Assembly: GCA_012295275.1 (NCBI GenBank)
Contig: CM022673.1
Location: 1,674,001-1,738,000 of the forward strand
Origin: Chrysomallon squamiferum
Taxonomy: Eukaryota; Animalia; Mollusca
Direction: 5' to 3'
DNA length: 64,000 bases
The translations under genes were made by a program, and so were the position numbers. A model generated the notes under the pieces. The model did not search any database. It saw only the letters and a list, made by a program, of their open reading frames with translations, and had not been told where the DNA came from. Shown in pieces: positions 1 to 14,702 of this stretch. Position 1 is the stretch's first letter. Each line of letters opens with the position of its first letter.

Positions 1-435
1 AGTCATCAAGTTGATACTTGAGTGCGCAGCCATATTTGTTCGTTTTCTCTATTTTCTTCCAATAATTAGGTTTTCTAACCTTAATGTTAAAAGGGAAGAT
101 AGAATACGTAACTAACCTAATTTGCTTTGGTATAACTGCGCTAATTTTTGTTTTTCTTATTAGTATCATGTTAATTCCTAACAAGAATGAATAATTAAGT
201 TAACTCCGACATTAAATAGTTTAAATTATTAAATAATGATTCCGTTTCAGTAATTTAGCCATCAATTATGTCCGTTCATCTAACTGCAGAGAAAGAGGGA
301 GCAGACGGGCGCACCCTAAAAATAATCAACAAAACGCTTTAAGAAAATTAAAGTTTCAAAGAAACGTAAGGATTATATATCTTAAAAATGCATGCATTAA
401 TTAGCCAACCTTTCGGTGTCTTGAATTTCTTATCT

Positions 436-487
436 CTGTGTGTGTTTGTGTGTGTGCGTGTGTGCGTGTGCGTGTGTGTGTGTGTGT
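436..487. repeat. (GT)n/(GTGC) microsatellite
   Basis: Direct inspection. Confidence 0.9.
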
Positions 488-1237
488 TGTAAACAAAACA
501 TTCACCGCGAGAGAGACTGAGAGAAACAACAGGCGAAAAGATATTTAATAAAATGACTTGGCAATATAAAAAATATTTTTTTCAAGGTAAATACTTCATA
601 GCATCATTATTTTTATAAAGTCTTCCAAGAATTTTGAACAAACATGACATGACCATAGGCCTACATGTAATATTAAACATAACTTTGAAACTATATTCGT
701 ATATAGGAAAAAGGTGTTCACTTGATGAAAGCATCCATTTCCTACAAAACAGTCCAAATATCAATAGCTCTTAATACGGAAGAAATTTATGTGAACGTAT
801 CAATTACTTCATTCGAATCAACAAGTGTATTAACTAAGTGAGATATCCGGGAAATCGTTCTTGGAATAGCAAATGCATTTGCTTACAGCACCAAGCGCTG
901 TAAAAATGTTTTGAATTTTGAGCCGCTGGTAAGTGAATAGTCTTATCAGGCTGTATTATTCTATTTGAATTTTATGTACATGCAGTTATTTTTACATGTG
1001 AAAATGAGCTGAATTTAAACATATCGTTACGAATAGGGATAAACCTGTAAACGAATTTAAAACAAGGTGAGTCAAGAAATATTTTCAAATTCATTTATAA
1101 CCATGTTGGTATATAACTTATTGCTTATAATATATATTCCATGTTTATCTTTAATTTAAAAAAACAAACATAAAAAAACATTCTTATATATCACTTTAAT
1201 TTAAATAACATCTCAAAGGAAACTGACAGAAAAGTAG

Positions 1238-1240
<3 letters not shown>

Positions 1241-1304
<64 letters not shown>
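1241..1304. repeat. (GA)n microsatellite
   Basis: Direct inspection. Confidence 0.95.
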
Positions 1305-1307
<3 letters not shown>

Positions 1308-1850
1308 AACGACCGCTGCTCCATAACAATGAACAAATATAGATTTGGTAACAGATTACATTTATTTTATTCTATTATTATTTTCTAAAAATAATGTACA
1401 AATCACAATATATATATAGGGGAAAATTTACAGTTTTTATGAATTAAAATTTGGTATGCTGTGGTTCAGCTTACTGATCAGGCTGCTACCATCCCTCAGC
1501 CTGGCAAGTTGTTAAATGGTTTCAACGTGAGCATGAGGCAGTGAGCATCGCTATCCCACAGGATGCAGTTGGCAGCCTACTTCGATGACAGGGTTCAATG
1601 ACGCAATATGCAGCTCCATCAGCGCCTTCGTAACCTCTGTCGATCGTCTTAGTTTTTTCGTATTCAAAATGTATGAATAACTTTTCTCGTTTTTTCTTTC
1701 CTGCAGACAATACTTATCCTAAATTATTATATATAAATGCAGGTTTGTTTTCTATATATACTGGAATTTATTTATTTATTTATTATTATTATTATTATTA
1801 CATTTTTTTTTTTTTGTTGTTTTTTTCTTTCTTGTTTTTTCAGATTCAAA

Positions 1851-2540
1851 ATGTATGAATTAGGATTATTAGCAATCGCAGTCGTCTTTTCTGTGTGTTG
1901 TTTTTGGTTGGCTTTTATGTTTAACCACGGGCTCGCCGAATTTGTGTTTTGTATTCAGAATCGGCTTTATTCTAGACTACACAGATGTAAATGTCAGATC
2001 TGTAGCATCACTGAATGGAAGTGTTTTTGCTTAAGCAAGCCTAATAAAAGAGATTTTGAAAGAATTTCTGAAGAATCATGGACAAATGAATGTCACTGTC
2101 GTGACGTGGTGATTTCGTTTTCGAAACTTGATGAACCTCTGCGTTCACTATGTCGCAATGCTAACCAAACACGCGCTCATGAAATATGGCGAAGGAGAAG
2201 GGGAAAGTTTCGAGAAAAACGCGAAACACCAAATATTCGCGAACATCAAAACACGAACCGCAATCCAAAGAAAGATAAGGAAACTTGTGCCCATAGTTCT
2301 GTTATAAACACTGATGACTCGAAATCAGCTGCAGCGGACCAGCCAAAATGCATTTTCTATAATGTTTCATTTCATGACGAATCGGGAAACGAATTAGTAT
2401 TAAAAATTAAGACAGACGAAAGTCAAATTATAAAACTGAAAAATAGCAGACATAGGCGCAAAAAATTAAGATGTCGCATTCAAAACTGTTATAAATCGTG
2501 CTCAGTTCAGAAAATGGAATCATCCAAAGATAAGCTGTAA
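1851..2540 (+). CDS. Orphan 229-aa predicted single-pass membrane protein, Cys-rich juxtamembrane region, basic C-terminal half
   Basis: Stop-free, complex-sequence ORF in an AT-rich background; polypyrimidine tract + CAG acceptor at 1841-1843 then AAA ATG at 1851; N-terminal hydrophobic stretch LGLLAIAVVFSVCCFWLAFMF followed by CKCQIC/CFC/CHC. No family recognised. Confidence 0.55.
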   Translation: MYELGLLAIAVVFSVCCFWLAFMFNHGLAEFVFCIQNRLYSRLHRCKCQICSITEWKCFCLSKPNKRDFERISEESWTNECHCRDVVISFSKLDEPLRSLCRNANQTRAHEIWRRRRGKFREKRETPNIREHQNTNRNPKKDKETCAHSSVINTDDSKSAAADQPKCIFYNVSFHDESGNELVLKIKTDESQIIKLKNSRHRRKKLRCRIQNCYKSCSVQKMESSKDKL

Positions 2541-5417
2541 GAAAACTGAACAGTGAGAGAATCTTGGGTCTACTAAATCTTCAAACATTTAGAAACAGAG
2601 AGCATTGGGAATGTTCATTATTGTCATTTTGTCTTTCCCATTTCTGCAAGTGCTCTACAAATATGTTTATCAATTCATGTATTTCATATTCTCCTGCGTA
2701 AGGGAAGATGCATATCAGATCCTATACAACCAATTTAAGAGTACGTCAGGGATTGTCTCCCCTGAGAAAATTGTGCAACTGTCATTCGTACGAAATTGGA
2801 AGTTGTTTCTGTGTTCCCTTTAATTTTTCTAAACCACGGAGTAAAACCGGAAATATACTGTGGGCAAAATAATTGAATTTTGCAAATTAAAATGAGGCAG
2901 GCAACATTTTAATTGGTATGGCAATACAGCAACTGCAGCGTCATAGGAACACAGGTGTTTACATATTCACATGAGTATCATTCTTTAAGAGTTTTATTTA
3001 TTTGTTTATTAATGATTACACACAGACAAAATTTCCTAATAACAATAAATAATAATAATAAAAAAAAACATAATTAATGTTGTATATCCATTTTATTAAT
3101 GCTAATAATAAACTACCACCTTTGACTGTTTAAACTGAATTAAACTAAAATCAACTTGTAAGAAAAATATGGATGAACGAACTGAAAATTTAACCCCTTT
3201 TTAAATCAAATTTAAGCAAAATTTCCTAAAAATAATAGATTTAAGTTAACAAATTTTAAAATCAAAACTTATGTGAAGACATACTAATTAATTGTTCAAA
3301 TAAGAAAATCAACTTTAATATTTAAAATGAGTACTAACAGACTTCTATTTCAGTCAGATAGCTATCAAATCCCAGTTAACATGTTACCTAGATACCATTA
3401 AAGGGGTGATTCAACGTATAAAATATATCATTTCACAAATCTTATTTACAACAAAGCAACCAGTGTTTAATTGTACAGTCAAATATTGTGAATTGCATTA
3501 CTTTCCAGCCCACAATTTTTTATTTCACCATGAAAGCTCACTGTCTATTTTAACAATAACAAAATTATACATCACTTATTTGCTAACTCTTACACACATG
3601 TACAAATACTTGCATAACTGATTTTGTTTTATGCACTGCACAGTTAAGGCATTTGTTAGAATTATGTACACAGATTATAATACTCATTCTGTAATAGTTG
3701 TATGTGTAAATGGAAATGATAACAACTTTACAGAAAGGACAATAATACAGATTAATGTATAATTTAAAATTCTGAGCAAATTTGGTTGTAAATGAGAGAA
3801 CATTTTTTTTTTTTTAATCCCTCCCCAAAAAAAAAAAAAAAATCACACAAAAAACATCCAAATATATTAAATACATGAACCAGAGGTATTTCAGACAGGT
3901 AATTCTCCATTAGTGAGAATAACCACGATTGTTATTAACAGTGAAAATTATTATTCAAAACTGGTTAAATTTTGAAAGGAAAAGATACAAAAGACCAGTA
4001 TTTAGACTAAACAAACAAATTTCACTCATTATGTATTTATTTAGTTTTTCTAAAATTAATCAGTGTTGAAATCACACTAGATAACCAAGTATGATATATT
4101 TTATTTTTTTAATGATTGCAATGATTTTTAAACTTTAAAAAATAAGAATTAAATACAAATATGTTTGTGACCAAAAACAAACATCATTCAATTTGTACTT
4201 GTACAAACACTTCCATATAAGCTGTGAAAAAATGTTTTCATTCATTAATGTTTCAGACTGACAAAAACAAAAAGCAATGAATACTACAAAGTGAAAAAAA
4301 AGCATATACATTTAGTCAAACAAGTATCACAGAAGAAATCAATTTGCCTTATTTATGAAATTGTTAATTTCTCTTTTAATAATACATACATAAAATATTA
4401 CCAAATAAATTGTTATCACAATTTAATTCTTCAGTGCAAATTAAGAGTTTTAATATCTGGATAGTTTTGTCTTCTGTCTATTTATTATAAGAGCAGAATT
4501 TACTTGAATAGAGTTTATAAGTACAAAAATAAAAACATTCATGTTATCACTGATGTATTAAGATTTCTGGCCCAATGAACAAATAATAAAATGAAAATAA
4601 ATATTGTTAAGAACTTTAATATATACTGTAAATTAGAAAATACCAGTGCCTTGAAATATTTAGTATAAAAATAAATGTGATAATAATAATAATGAACTCT
4701 ATGAAAACAAAAGCTAACTGCTATTAATTGAAGTATATAATTTAAAAATAAACATGTACCTTTAATAATCTAAGAAAAGCTGTTAACATAACTTAATTTT
4801 AGTATAGTCAGCCATCTTACCCACTCCTACATGTTCCATGATTCCTCATGAGAATGTACCAAAACTATGGATACATATAAAATGATATAATTTTACCCTG
4901 TATGTGTCTGTAACTGAACCTGAAAGTACTATTAAGAACATATAAAACCCAAGCAAATCATATTTACCACAGTATTCTAGTACATTGTGTGCCACCATAA
5001 GAATACAATTTATAGTACAGTAATTATTTTATTAATATTTTCAAACTGCAGACCTGGGTCTGACTGTATAAATGTTGAAATACCATATGCAATTTATTTT
5101 TTTAATTACACATTCAGCATATTTGAGATTTAATGCCATGCTAAACTTTACAGAAATATATTGCTATATATTGTACATAAAAAAGAAAAGACTTATTAAA
5201 ATTTCTGTATACTCTGTCACTATTCAGTTAAAATATCAATATATGTTACAAGATTATATATCTGTTAATTACCAGTCAGTTTTGCCATCCAAATATAAAT
5301 GATTAAATGTCTTCTTTATTTTTGTCAGAAAGTCTTTCATGGAAAACAGATAGGCAAACCTTTTATTTAAAAAAAGATTCACTACTCAATGGAAGGAGTA
5401 ATTTGCTTGAACCATTA

Positions 5418-7526
5418 TCATTTCAAATTATCCTGAATAATCTTTATCAAGTGATCTGCATTCTCTGAAGTTTTAACTCTGATTAACATTGGAACAGGTT
5501 CCTTTGCATCATCTTTTGGATTCATGGGAGGATTGGGCACGCACACAAAAAACACATTGTTCTTGCCTTGTTTCTTCACTGGAATAGATGGGGTCAGGAA
5601 GATGTTCAACATGATGTTGCCTGGAGAGAAAATTTTAGAAGTCAGCCTGTTAAGTTATAAACTATTTACTGTAACACTGCAGGAAATAATTTCTGGACAT
5701 TAATTATTTTAAAACAAAAAATCAGTTACAAATTTTTCCATTAAGCATTTTCTTCAACTGTTATAGTTTATTAATATTACAGTTGTAAATAAACAAGCAA
5801 TTACCAATACTAATAATTAATTCACTGTAAATAGACCTTAATTTCAGATCAATGAACATTCCCTATTAAACAACTGTACTGTATATAGCCAAGCACATGC
5901 CATCTTGATATACGGAACCATTTTTAAAATTCTGCCATTGAACATTTTCTCCAACACTTACTAATATTATATAAACTTATAATTTGGTTTTGCTTTTTTT
6001 GCTGTAGAAAAGTGTCTACAAGACTGAACTTGACCTGAGATTAAAATTGATACCCACAATATTTCCATAAGCTTCCATTTGAACTGCTCAAATGATGACA
6101 AGGGAATTAACTCTTTTAAAATATTATATTTCATATTAACTAATTTAAAACGCTGTTTTTATAAATCACATTTTCTAACTTCTTTTTTTTTAAATAAAAT
6201 TTAAAGAAGAAAACAAATCTTTGTTCATATTACAAGAGCTTTTGATCAAGTTAACAAAGCAATGAACACAAATTATTTTTTCTAAAAACAATCTTTCTGT
6301 CTTACCTAGATTTGTGTCTGCTCGAACGATAAGCTGTAACTTCTTGTCCACTGGTTTCAAGTGAAGATTTCCTACACCACGTTCTGTCCAAACATTATCT
6401 TTTTGGTAAAATAATTTACACCTGAAAAAATTTAATAAAAATGTAATGGTCTTTGAACATGCATGATCCAATATTGGCTTCTCTAACATTTTTTTAATTG
6501 TTTTTTTAAAGTGCCAGGCAAGCACCTATAGATATGACAATTTTATTGTCTGGGCAAAAAGCATGAACAAGCTTGCCTGAATCAGCTACATCCCTATCTT
6601 TTGTTTGCATTATAAAGAATATTTAAGGTTTCAATAAAACAGCAGTACTTGATTTAGATTAATTTTCCTTCATTTAAAAGAAGGAACCAAAAAAAAAAAA
6701 AAAAAAAAAAAAAAAAGGAATGTTTTGTTTTACCTGTTATTATAAATTTCACCTTCTTCTTTAATTTCTCGTTTCTCAGGCTCTGGTGGAACATATTCTT
6801 CATCATCTCCTTCTGCAAGTAAATCATCAAATTCACTATACTTCAGAATCATCATCCCCCAATAATGGTCACTTTCAGGGGCAATGAAAAATTTAAAGTA
6901 TTATTCTATTTTCATGTAATGTGTAATTTGATTAATTAGGATCATCACCGTCACAAAAACCCAGCATAATAAATCACAATCTGCAATTATCAATCATAAA
7001 ATAAGCATATTTATCATACTGTCCATGCAGGAAAATATGTGTACACACACAGGCATGCACACACCCTAAAAAAATCTAAAAAAACTTCCGAACTGTATTT
7101 GGTATTACATAACTTATGTCTGAGATGCAATTAAATATTAAAATAAAAACACACTTTGGTGTTGAATCAAATTCCACTTACTTTCAGCCTGTGAATCCAC
7201 AGAGTCTGTTTTCTGTGCAGGCTGAGCAGCAAATGAAAATGATGGTTTCAAGTCTGCTGTGTTTGTCTTGAAACTGAAACCTGGAAATGTGTTCCTGCTA
7301 CTCAGGCTGGCGATGCCATTTGCTGATGTCAGACCTGTGTTTCCAAATGAACTTGTTGTACTAGTACTTGAAGATCCAAACTGAAAACCACTCAGTGTAG
7401 CTATTAAAAAAGTACATGTAACCATAATAATAACAATTCTGATATGTATGAACAGTTAAAAGATTTTGAGAAGTAAACTATTTTTCTCTAGTTTAAATTA
7501 ATTTTTGTTCTAAAAATAATATAAAT

Positions 7527-7596
<70 letters not shown>

Positions 7597-9416
7597 GTTA
7601 CTTACAATGAAACATTAACTTTCTAACTGAAATCTTATAAAATAACATGATTTTTTCAGATGTATTTTCAAAAACAAAAATGTGTAATAACTGTAATAAA
7701 TAATAATAATAATAATGAAAACAAAAAATATAATAAAATAAAAAGTAAAAATAAACAAAATTAAAACAAACTCCCCCTATGTGACTATTAATAACAATTT
7801 GAAAAATGCATAAAACAAAAAAAAACAATATAAATAATAATTAATGAAAAGAAAATATCTACAGACCTTTTTTCTCCTCACTTGTTTCTTTGGAATCCTG
7901 AGCTGCACTTTTATTATCTGACTTGGACAAAGCACTAGATTCTTTGTCTGTTTTTTCAATTGCTGCTAGATGAACTTCGTAATCTTTAAAAACAGGAGTC
8001 AATATACAGAAAGGATTTTTCTCTACGTGCTGTCTGATCCAAGCTAAAACACTTTCATTAAGGTTTTTCAGATCCTGGAAATACTGAGAACTTTTCTTAC
8101 TCATTTCTGTCATTCCATTTGCTGCGTTACCTGTCTTCATAGAAAATATGCCACTTGTTGCAGTCTGATTACTCTCTGAAGATTTTCCTGTGTTATCAGA
8201 CTTGTTAGGTTTCAGAGCAAAGCTCGAAAATCCAGTAAAAGAACCAGGATTGGCAGCCTAATGGAAAAAAAATAATAATAAAAAAAAATAAAAAAATAAA
8301 AATAAATAAAAATAAACTAAAATATATTTTAAAAATCCAACAAAAAACCCACAAAAAATTAAAAAAAAAAAAATAATAATAATAATTTTTAAAATATATA
8401 AATAAACCTCATATTTAAAAATAAGTTACTTGTTACTGCTATTAACATCTAAAAAAAAATAATTCAATTTTTGATAAAAATATAAATAAAATCTGTATAA
8501 CTAGGCTCGGATGATAAAAGGGATACTGAAAACGTTACCACATATTTGTTTAAAATTACTATTTAGTAATTTACACAGAACTGTAAATCTCAAAAGCCAA
8601 ACATAGAATATAAAATGAAATATAAAATTCAGGCATAATAAATCAATGTAATAGGCTGATTTTTTTTTTTTTAAATGCATAAGAGGTAATGGATTACATA
8701 ATTAACCAGTTGGCATTCCTGTTGATTTGTCTGTCATTCCAGTTACATACTAGTTGTAAAGATCTTCAGAAATATGGAACATGAAGTACTATTTTGAAAA
8801 AATGATGAACTTTTTTTCTTTCTTTTTCCAACAGATACTGTTCCATGAGGTAACATAATTGCTATGGAAAAAAAATGTATTACGGAAAATCAGTTTAAAT
8901 GAAACCTTTTTTTTTTTTTAAAATGCAGGTTATAGATTGAATAAAGATTCAGTATTTTCAGATGCCTACCCCTTCTTCAGAAACTCCTCTTCGTTTTGCT
9001 TTCTTGATCTGACGATTGCTAATAACATCCTGAGGAGCCTGCTTGAAAACTCCAGCCTAAATAAAATAAAATAATTAAATAAAATAAATATTAATTTTTT
9101 TCTTTGTAAAGGCCGATATAAATGCATGAGAAAAACAAAAAGATAGCGGATTATCATTATTTTACCAGTTAAAGTAAGATAAGGAGGATTTTACGCTTAC
9201 AGAAACAATAATTTCAAGAATTTAATTCTCCTGTTGCCAAATGTCTCTTTCAAATAGGTTTTAGCAGGTCTTACTTCATTCTCATTTCAGTTGTCAAAGG
9301 TTATTATTATTATTATTATAAATGTGTATTTAAATAACTGTATAAACCTCTTCAGGTTCTTCTGCTTCGTCCCAGTTTCTGTCAGTCAAGTAAATTTTAG
9401 CTGCTCGTTTGGCCAT
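5418..9416 (-). CDS. NUP50: Nuclear pore complex protein Nup50 (387 aa, 7 coding exons)
   Basis: GT-AG exons 9348-9416, 8970-9056, 7867-8257, 7182-7400, 6734-6812, 6306-6421, 5418-5620 sum to 1164 nt with consistent phases. N-terminus [27 protein letters not shown]...RQIKKAKRR (importin-alpha binding), central [29 protein letters not shown] motif, FxF/FG-type linker, C-terminal Ran-binding domain ([35 protein letters not shown]). Confidence 0.97.
7531..7593. repeat. (GA)n microsatellite in a Nup50 intron
   Basis: Direct inspection. Confidence 0.95.
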
Positions 9417-10978
9417 TTTGTTATCTATTAATCAAATAGAAGAAGTTGAATATTTATGAATCTACTAAAGCAAATCATTCTGAAAAAAGGTGGAATCTAA
9501 AGAAAATTTTATTGTGACAGCTTGTTTCAGTAATTATTTTATTTGTTCATTTTTTTTTAAAATTCACTAACATTCTGTGTTTTAATAAATATACAAAAGT
9601 CAAATGTAACAAATATTACCTCTAACACAATCAGAACATTAATACAATAATAACTGAACTGTTCAAACAATTAAAACTATTTCAGTTTTACACAATCTGT
9701 CTTTAAAAAAGTTAAATAATAATTAATGATGTAAAGAAAAGAACTTCTAGGAATCCATCGTGATCTATTAACAAATGTGAGAAAATGTCTGACACATACA
9801 TAGTTAAACCAAAAAAAAATAATTAAAATTAAAATTCATTTCTTATAAATAATTAATAATAGTGCTTCTTAGTCTATCTCAAATCATTTATAATCTAATC
9901 TGAATATTAATGTTACCACTTTCTAACATTTTCAAATGCTTTATAAACACTTTTAAAAATAAATAATTCAAAAAAAAGATGTGCATCACACAATGAAATA
10001 ATCCTTACAATTTTTCATTTGTAACATACTAATTTAGTGATAGAAAACATTAGAAGTATAAAATGGCTAGATTACTGGCAAGGAAAATACTTATAAAACT
10101 TATAAAGAAAACTATAACATATATAAATGATAACAAAACAGTTCTTTACTATTTACACTTAATTTCTTTTATTACTGGTTAGGCACATCAAACTAATTTA
10201 CTATAATCATTTTGGCATAACTAATTGTATATTAAATACTTTGTAAAGCTCGGTGCTGTGTATGGTTTATGGGATCTTCTTGACCAGTGTTTCCTGTTTG
10301 AGATCAGACCTATGATTCACATTTGCATATACCAGGAAATAAATATTAATCAATCTTTATAAAACTACTTTTACACATTTTACATCCATTATTATATTAT
10401 AATGCAGAATTGGGTCAATTACGTTTGAAAGTCTGACACTGAACTTAATTCTCTTTGTCTGTGACTTGCAGAAATCTTTGAATTTACATTGTTTTATCCC
10501 GACAATTCCAAATTAAATAACTTCCTTAAAAAAAAAAACCCAAAAAACAAATGTTAACAAATACAATGTTTTACATTCGACATAAACAGTGACCAGTGTA
10601 ATATGAGTCTAGTTACTTTCAAATTGAAAGGATCTTAAACAACTTAAGCTTATATTTAACAAAATTACCTCTAGTGGCTCTACGTCTGCAGAAGTTTTGT
10701 ATATTATAATATTAATATTCATTTACTGAATATTTTTTATGTTGCAGTAAAATCCTTTTATCTTATTTTTTTTTTATACATTAATTCACTCGAAAGGATT
10801 ACGTTTTAAGTATTAAATCGTACGCAAATTATAAATAATTAACATTTAATGAACATTATAATATTATATATCATATGGGTCAGATTTATAATTTAGTACT
10901 TTTCAATGGTACGAAGTATCTACAAAACGTAAGATCAAAGATTATTTCTAAACTGTAAAAATTAAAATAAAATATTAC

Positions 10979-11185
10979 TCTTTGTTTCCACTATCTCATT
11001 TGTCTCTTCCAAAAGGTGATTATGAATGCTGTTTTTCGTACCGGCTACTTGGACAGAACATAACTATACACAACTGTCAGGTGCACATGGTTGCCGCCAT
11101 TTTTTTTACCAACCTTGATTTTGTATTACTCCGCCTTTAACAAGACACTAATCTGACTTCTCGTTATAATCTATTTCCGGAAGAG
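10979..11185 (-). promoter_or_regulatory. Putative Nup50 promoter / non-coding first exon
   Basis: CpG-containing island; YY1-type AAAATGGCGGC on minus strand at ~11093-11103, ETS-type CCGGAA at 11177-11182, donor-like GA|GTAATA at 10979/10978; the ATG exon has an acceptor at 9425-9426 needing an upstream exon. Confidence 0.55.
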
Positions 11186-11432
11186 ATTTCAGAAAAGGTT
11201 AAAAATTTTATTCGTTCGTAAAGTATAATAATAGACAAAATAAAGTTTCAACATTAATATGGTGTGTATTTTTATTAAATCACAGTAAACTGTTCATTAA
11301 TAACTATACTGGATATTAAATTGAAATCGATTTCTCCTGACCTGTATAAATACTATTATATATATATTTCCTTGTGAATGAGAATGTTTTTTTAAAAATT
11401 ACCCGGAATAAAGCATACATATATGCTTGACA

Positions 11433-11466
<34 letters not shown>

Positions 11467-11607
11467 GAGATACAATAAATAAATATATAAAAATAGAAAA
11501 TCTAAAATTAACAGTATTTCATTTGTAATTAACTTTGTGAATAACAATTTAATATTTTTTCTGAATTTGTTTTACACGGAAATGCATTAAGATAAAGGGC
11601 TATATAC

Positions 11608-11609
<2 letters not shown>

Positions 11610-11677
<68 letters not shown>
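11610..11677. repeat. (GA)n microsatellite
   Basis: Direct inspection. Confidence 0.95.
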
Positions 11678-11679
<2 letters not shown>

Positions 11680-13267
11680 AATTATGTGGTATATATCTGT
11701 CAGGAAACTAATGAGCTTAAACATCAGGGCCCTAAAAGACATACCTAATGCACATTTCTTTTTTTATTTCCGTCACATAAACTTTTAATAAAAATCTGAG
11801 TTGTATCCAGATTTATAAAACCAGTAAAGGAACACTGCCCCAGAAGAAGGTAACAGAGGTTATCCAGACCTCGTTGCTGCTTGCAAACGGTCCCCATAAT
11901 TGTTCAAGCTCCAGGGACCCAAAAATGTATGTCCGCCATTGGTAGAAACTAGAATGTTTAACAGTGAACAACTTCCAGTAACATATAGGTCTAGATAGAC
12001 AGACAGATAGACAAATATAGAAAAGATATATTCCACTAGAATATGAATAACTTCCTTTTAAAGATTATCTCCTATTTAATGCTCCAATTAAGTAACGTAT
12101 ACTTCAGCTAAACATTCATTCATCCATAAATTGAATTCAAAACAGGTCTACTTTTTGTAAAGAATTCTCAAGTAGACAAAAATATTTGTAAAGAAGTACA
12201 CACATACACGCATATTCTCACATACGTGTGTATTATGTGATCTACAAAAGGAAATTTTTAGTGAAGTATAAATAAATAAACGAAAAACACGTTAAATAAA
12301 TAAATTACTTAAAGTATATATATATATTTTTTTATTTTCGTTACATAAACAACTTCAAAAATACATTTCTATAAGCAAGGTCTAAATGAATAGTTAATGT
12401 TTAATATTTGTTTTTCTTTTATCATAAAAAGAGATGTAAAGAATAACACAGCAGTATGATATTATTAACCGTTAACATTTACGATAATTATACATTTTTC
12501 TTTAATTTGTTAACAGTTTTAAATTTTAAATTATGTGCCGACTCTATAAATATATAAAGCCACAATGCCCGGATTTATATGGTTTCGATGGACTCGTTTT
12601 TCAAATTAACTTTGCTGTTGAATTGATACTTAATTGTTTTCATTTAGTACGGTGTGAATTTCGCTTCACGCAGTCCGTGTAAGAATAATAATAAAACAAA
12701 ATGTTTTTAAAAATTAAGCAACTTAAAAATGTCTTAGCTTCACCACCTCTTATTTCCAAAGCAATGGCAACCGATAATGCATGCTGCCTAGCGCTTACGT
12801 CGCTCAAGGTCACTTTCGTAGTCTTGTGAGCTTCAATTCATTTTTATTATTTCGGTTAACCTGTTGCATGCATCATGATTTTTCTAGCAATACAATTTTT
12901 TCCCTCTTTACAAGTTTTATTGCAATCTATTAACAATGGATAAGAATAAAAACGAGAGGTTGTGTTTGTATTTAGATAAAGCGAAAAACTGTAACAATAT
13001 AGAATAATTATAAAATTTGGAATAGGTAACAAAAAGTTGTGATTTTCGGATGAACGTAGCAGCAGTAAGGAACTGTTTTGATACAAGATGATGATCACAA
13101 GATAAAGTCAGATATTATCTTCAGCTGCCACCCAAGTCACACGAAATCAAATTGATGAAATAGCTGAAATGGTGTGACTGTTGCAAATATGAATTGAGAA
13201 CTGCAGTTATAATCGTATTTATCTCAGTACCTATACTATGCTTTAAGCCTTTTTTTACCACTATGAA

Positions 13268-13553
13268 ATGAGAGTTATCCGGTAAGTGAAGAACATTTTG
13301 TAAGCAGCTCTTGAAGCTTTGAGCTGCTACTTTGAGATATATAAAGATTTTTTATTTATTTTTTTGAATTTTTAAAAATTTTTTAAAAGAAGAAAAAAAA
13401 AAAACAACCACACAAAAAAAAAAAACTACGTTGGATATGTTTTTATCAAAAAATACTTTGATTTAATATTTTGTCGATATTTTATAAACCATGCATAATA
13501 AATCTATAATTTTGCTTTTGCTTTGCTTTCTTTTAATATTACACTAGTAGTTA

Positions 13554-13587
<34 letters not shown>

Positions 13588-13624
13588 TAATAATAATAAT
13601 AATATACTAAAAAGAGTAATAAAA

Positions 13625-13655
<31 letters not shown>

Positions 13656-14702
13656 TAAATAATAAAATAAAATAAAAAGAAAAGGCATTTTGAAAAATCA
13701 CGCAATTATATTATTACGAATATATTTTTATTTTCGATTAAAATGCTTTCATTTAACACGGCATTTTTGTGGGGTGTGTCCATTACCCGTATAAAAAAGC
13801 GGAAAATTACTGAACTTTTATATAAATTTGAGACTGACTTATATCAAATAAATATTTTTCTAAGAATATTTAAACAGTACAATATTTTCACAGATATAAG
13901 TAAACTTTCTTCTTTGCTTACTCAAAAAACTCTTAAAATCATATTTAATATTTCTATCGAAATGGTCCTGATAACTACATGCTTAATGATCAACCAAATA
14001 CAAAGCAAATTGTAAAAAGTCAATTTTTCTTTGTTTTATAAATTAGTTTAAAACTACTAATTAATAACGTTTGCTAACTTAAGAAAATATCTCTCATTCT
14101 AAATATATATTGATTATTTGTTAAAATAACATTGCACATATGTTTGTTTTCTGTCTCTTTGGTTTGTCTCTGTTTCCCAAGAGTCTCACATTTCATAACT
14201 ATAATCCACTTTACTAGTTCAATACGTATTTACTAAAAAACGAAAATAACGTAGATGATTTTAATTAAGTTTTATTTGGCGATTATTTATTTATTTACAT
14301 GTTACTGTTATGATACTTCTTTATTATTATTTTATATGTATATTCATTCTGTCTGTAAGTATGTATATGTATATATAAATAAATATATCTGTATATATAT
14401 ACATAACTTTTCAATACATACATACATACATATAGACACACACACACACACACGTACTGACAGTGAAAAAGGTAACATGGATGAATTTGTTATTATATGT
14501 CAAAATTATTAAGTTGGTCAAAAATATTGTAGAACACTCCTTTTTATATGGTCAGTTTTCTTCATTTTTAATTTCATCACAGCTGTTAAAATCACTAAAT
14601 TTTGTTTTATGCAGGAAAGCATGTATCGTAGTTCTTGATATGGCTACTTTGGAGCGCTGGCTTGAACTGGAAAAACCCCGACTGGAACCGATGACGTCCT
14701 AG
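13268..14702 (+). CDS. Possible two-exon small ORF, 33 aa (MRVIRKACIVVLDMATLERWLELEKPRLEPMTS), or spliced lncRNA
   Basis: Consensus donor CG|GTAAGT at 13281/13282, acceptor TTTTGTTTTATGCAG|G at 14614/14615, phases join in frame, stop at 14700-14702 and AATAAA at 14727-14732. No homology recognised. Confidence 0.3.

Noticed and set aside
1737-1850. N-terminal extension of the 267-aa ORF
   Set aside because: Translates an (ATT)n and poly-T tract ending in a CAG acceptor; intronic.
11720-11945. GC-richer patch ending TCCGCCATTG
   Set aside because: No ORF, splice pair or inverted partner found; probably a repeat relic.
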